NCBI GenBank assembly: GCA_964454175.1
Contig: CAYVSA010000007.1
Span: forward strand, 29,232-51,243
DNA: 22,012 bases
Direction: 5' to 3'
Origin: an uncultured Pseudomonadota bacterium
Lineage (GTDB): Bacteria; BMS3Abin14
In this document: piece by piece, positions 20,330-22,012 of the stretch
Layout: every line of letters starts with the position of its first letter
Numbering within the stretch: the stretch's first letter is position 1
The notes under the pieces: model-generated
The model's input: the letters and a program-made list of their open reading frames with translations, nothing else
The model's database searches: none
What the model was told of the DNA's origin: nothing
Made by a program: the position numbers and the translations under genes

Positions 20330-21187
20330 TTAATTAGACAAAAGAATGTCAACCAAACCGTTCAGGTCTTCGAGGTTCGAGTAGGATATCTCTATCCTGC
20401 CGCCCCGCTTCTTTTCACTTACTCTCACCCGGGTGCCAAGACGCCGTGCCAGGCGTTTTTCCAGGTCGGCTATCTCTACGCTCACCTTCCTGGCGGGCTT
20501 TGTCTGCACCCCTCGCAATGCCGATGAGGACACTGCCGACTCTACTTCTCTTACCGAGAGTCCTTTTTCCAGGATCCGGTCCAGCATTTTATGCACAGCT
20601 CTTTCATCTGTCAGGGGCAGGAGCGCCCTGGCGTGGCCTGCAGAGATATTTCCATCAACAAGAGCACCTTTAACAAATTCCGGCAGGCTGAGCAGTCGAA
20701 TGGCATTTGCCACCGTAGCCCTGTCCTTACCGACTTTTTTGGCCACCTCCTCCTGTGTGTATCCATACTTTTCCTGAAGTTCCCGATAGGCCTGGGCTTC
20801 TTCGAGAGAGTTTAAATCCTCTCTCTGGATATTCTCGATGAGGGCCATCTCCAACCTTTCAACATCCTGAAGCTTGCGCACCTGCACGGGGATCTTTTCC
20901 AGGCCAGCCAGTCTGGCCGCTCTGAGCCTTCTCTCACCTGCAACAAGCTCATACCCCCCGGGCACCTTTTGAACGAGTACCGGCTGGAGCACTCCCTTCT
21001 CGCGGATGGACGATGCGAGGTCTTTCAGGGATGCTTTATCAAACTTGCGTCTGGGTTGAGTTGGGTTGGGAAAAATCTCATCCACACCAACAAAGGGCTG
21101 CGACTGGCTGTCGGGTCCACCCTCTCCTCCCGGGATCAACGCTCCAAGCCCTTTTCCCAGGGCCTGCCTTTTACGCTTCTGCTCCAT
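20330..21187 (-). CDS. parB: Chromosome partitioning protein ParB
   Basis: N-terminal [27 protein letters not shown] (CTP-binding arginine patch), ENIQREDL and an HTH. Confidence 0.97.
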   Translation of the reverse strand: MEQKRKRQALGKGLGALIPGGEGGPDSQSQPFVGVDEIFPNPTQPRRKFDKASLKDLASSIREKGVLQPVLVQKVPGGYELVAGERRLRAARLAGLEKIPVQVRKLQDVERLEMALIENIQREDLNSLEEAQAYRELQEKYGYTQEEVAKKVGKDRATVANAIRLLSLPEFVKGALVDGNISAGHARALLPLTDERAVHKMLDRILEKGLSVREVESAVSSSALRGVQTKPARKVSVEIADLEKRLARRLGTRVRVSEKKRGGRIEISYSNLEDLNGLVDILLSN

Positions 21188-21938
21188 TTAATATCTCCCT
21201 GGCGAGGCTGAGGTAGCCCTGTGTGCCGCTGGATCTGACGTCGTAAAGAAGCACCGGCAGTCCATGGCTCGGGGCCTCGCTTAGCTTGACATTTCTGGGA
21301 ATGATCGTGCTGAACACCTTTCCTGGAAAATATTTCCTGGCCTCTCTGGCCACCTGGTGCGAGAGATTGTTGCGCGGATCGAACATGGTCAGCAAAATAC
21401 CTTCCAGCTCCAGGTCCTGATTGAGAGCGCCCTTTACGAGCTTAATGGTTTTCAAAAGCTTCCCCAGGCCTTCCATGGCATAGTACTCACACTGGAGGGG
21501 AATAAGGACCGTATCAGCCGCCGTGAGGGCGTTCAGGGTGAGCAGGCCCAGTGACGGCGGGCAGTCAATGAGAATAAAATCGTATTCGCTGCGCAGTGCG
21601 GATATTGCTCGCCTGAGAAGTGTCTCCCTGGAAAGAACGCTGACAAGCTCCAGCTCGGCCCCCGTGAGGTCGACGTTGGAAGGGACCAGCTTCAGGTATT
21701 TCAGCTTCGTATCAACGATGATTTTCTCACAGGGCAGATCATCCACCAGAACTCTGTAGATGGAGTCCTCAGATTCAGGGACCTGGATGCCCATGCCGCT
21801 GGTTGCGTTCGCCTGGGGGTCTATGTCCAGGAGAAGTGTTTTCCGCTCCGCGGCGGCAAGAGACGCTGCAAGATTCACTGAGGTCGTGGTCTTGCCAACA
21901 CCGCCTTTCTGGTTGGTTACGGCTATCACTCTACCCAT
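21171..21938 (-). CDS. parA: Chromosome partitioning ATPase ParA/Soj
   Basis: [50 protein letters not shown]. Confidence 0.98.
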   Translation of the reverse strand: MGRVIAVTNQKGGVGKTTTSVNLAASLAAAERKTLLLDIDPQANATSGMGIQVPESEDSIYRVLVDDLPCEKIIVDTKLKYLKLVPSNVDLTGAELELVSVLSRETLLRRAISALRSEYDFILIDCPPSLGLLTLNALTAADTVLIPLQCEYYAMEGLGKLLKTIKLVKGALNQDLELEGILLTMFDPRNNLSHQVAREARKYFPGKVFSTIIPRNVKLSEAPSHGLPVLLYDVRSSGTQGYLSLAREILNGAEA

Positions 21939-22012
21939 GTCAGTGTTGGTAATTTACCACGCTCCTTGACAGACCTGCCTGTGCCGGCCCTTCCCCTCAG
22001 GGCCGGGCTCTC

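Overview
A conserved, mostly minus-strand bacterial housekeeping region. The gene order and proteins look like Desulfobacterota/deltaproteobacteria, probably near the origin because parAB is present. In transcription order it reads: parA-parB-bactofilin, then a complete F1Fo ATP synthase cluster (atpI-atpB-atpE1-atpE2-atpF'-atpF-atpH-atpA-atpG-atpD-atpC), tRNA-Pro(CGG) with a terminator and a small membrane ORF; bioY (+ strand); coaE; a GAF plus degenerate-GGDEF protein; and rho-rpmE-[thyX remnant]-DUF1385-prfA-prmC-murA-hisG(short)-hisD-hisC(partial). The standout is the Fo rotor. A normal single-hairpin c subunit carries a two-carboxylate Na+-type motif (E32/E65/S66/T67/Y70). Next to it is a 247-aa triplicated c subunit with three fused hairpins, of which only the first keeps the ion-binding glutamates. 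This suggests a hybrid c-ring with missing ion sites. Other points: separate promoters before atpI and atpF', a perfect 16-bp palindrome over the atpI -10 box, a decayed thyX-like fragment, and an AT-rich heptamer-built inverted repeat between rho and rpmE. No mobile element or CRISPR array was seen.
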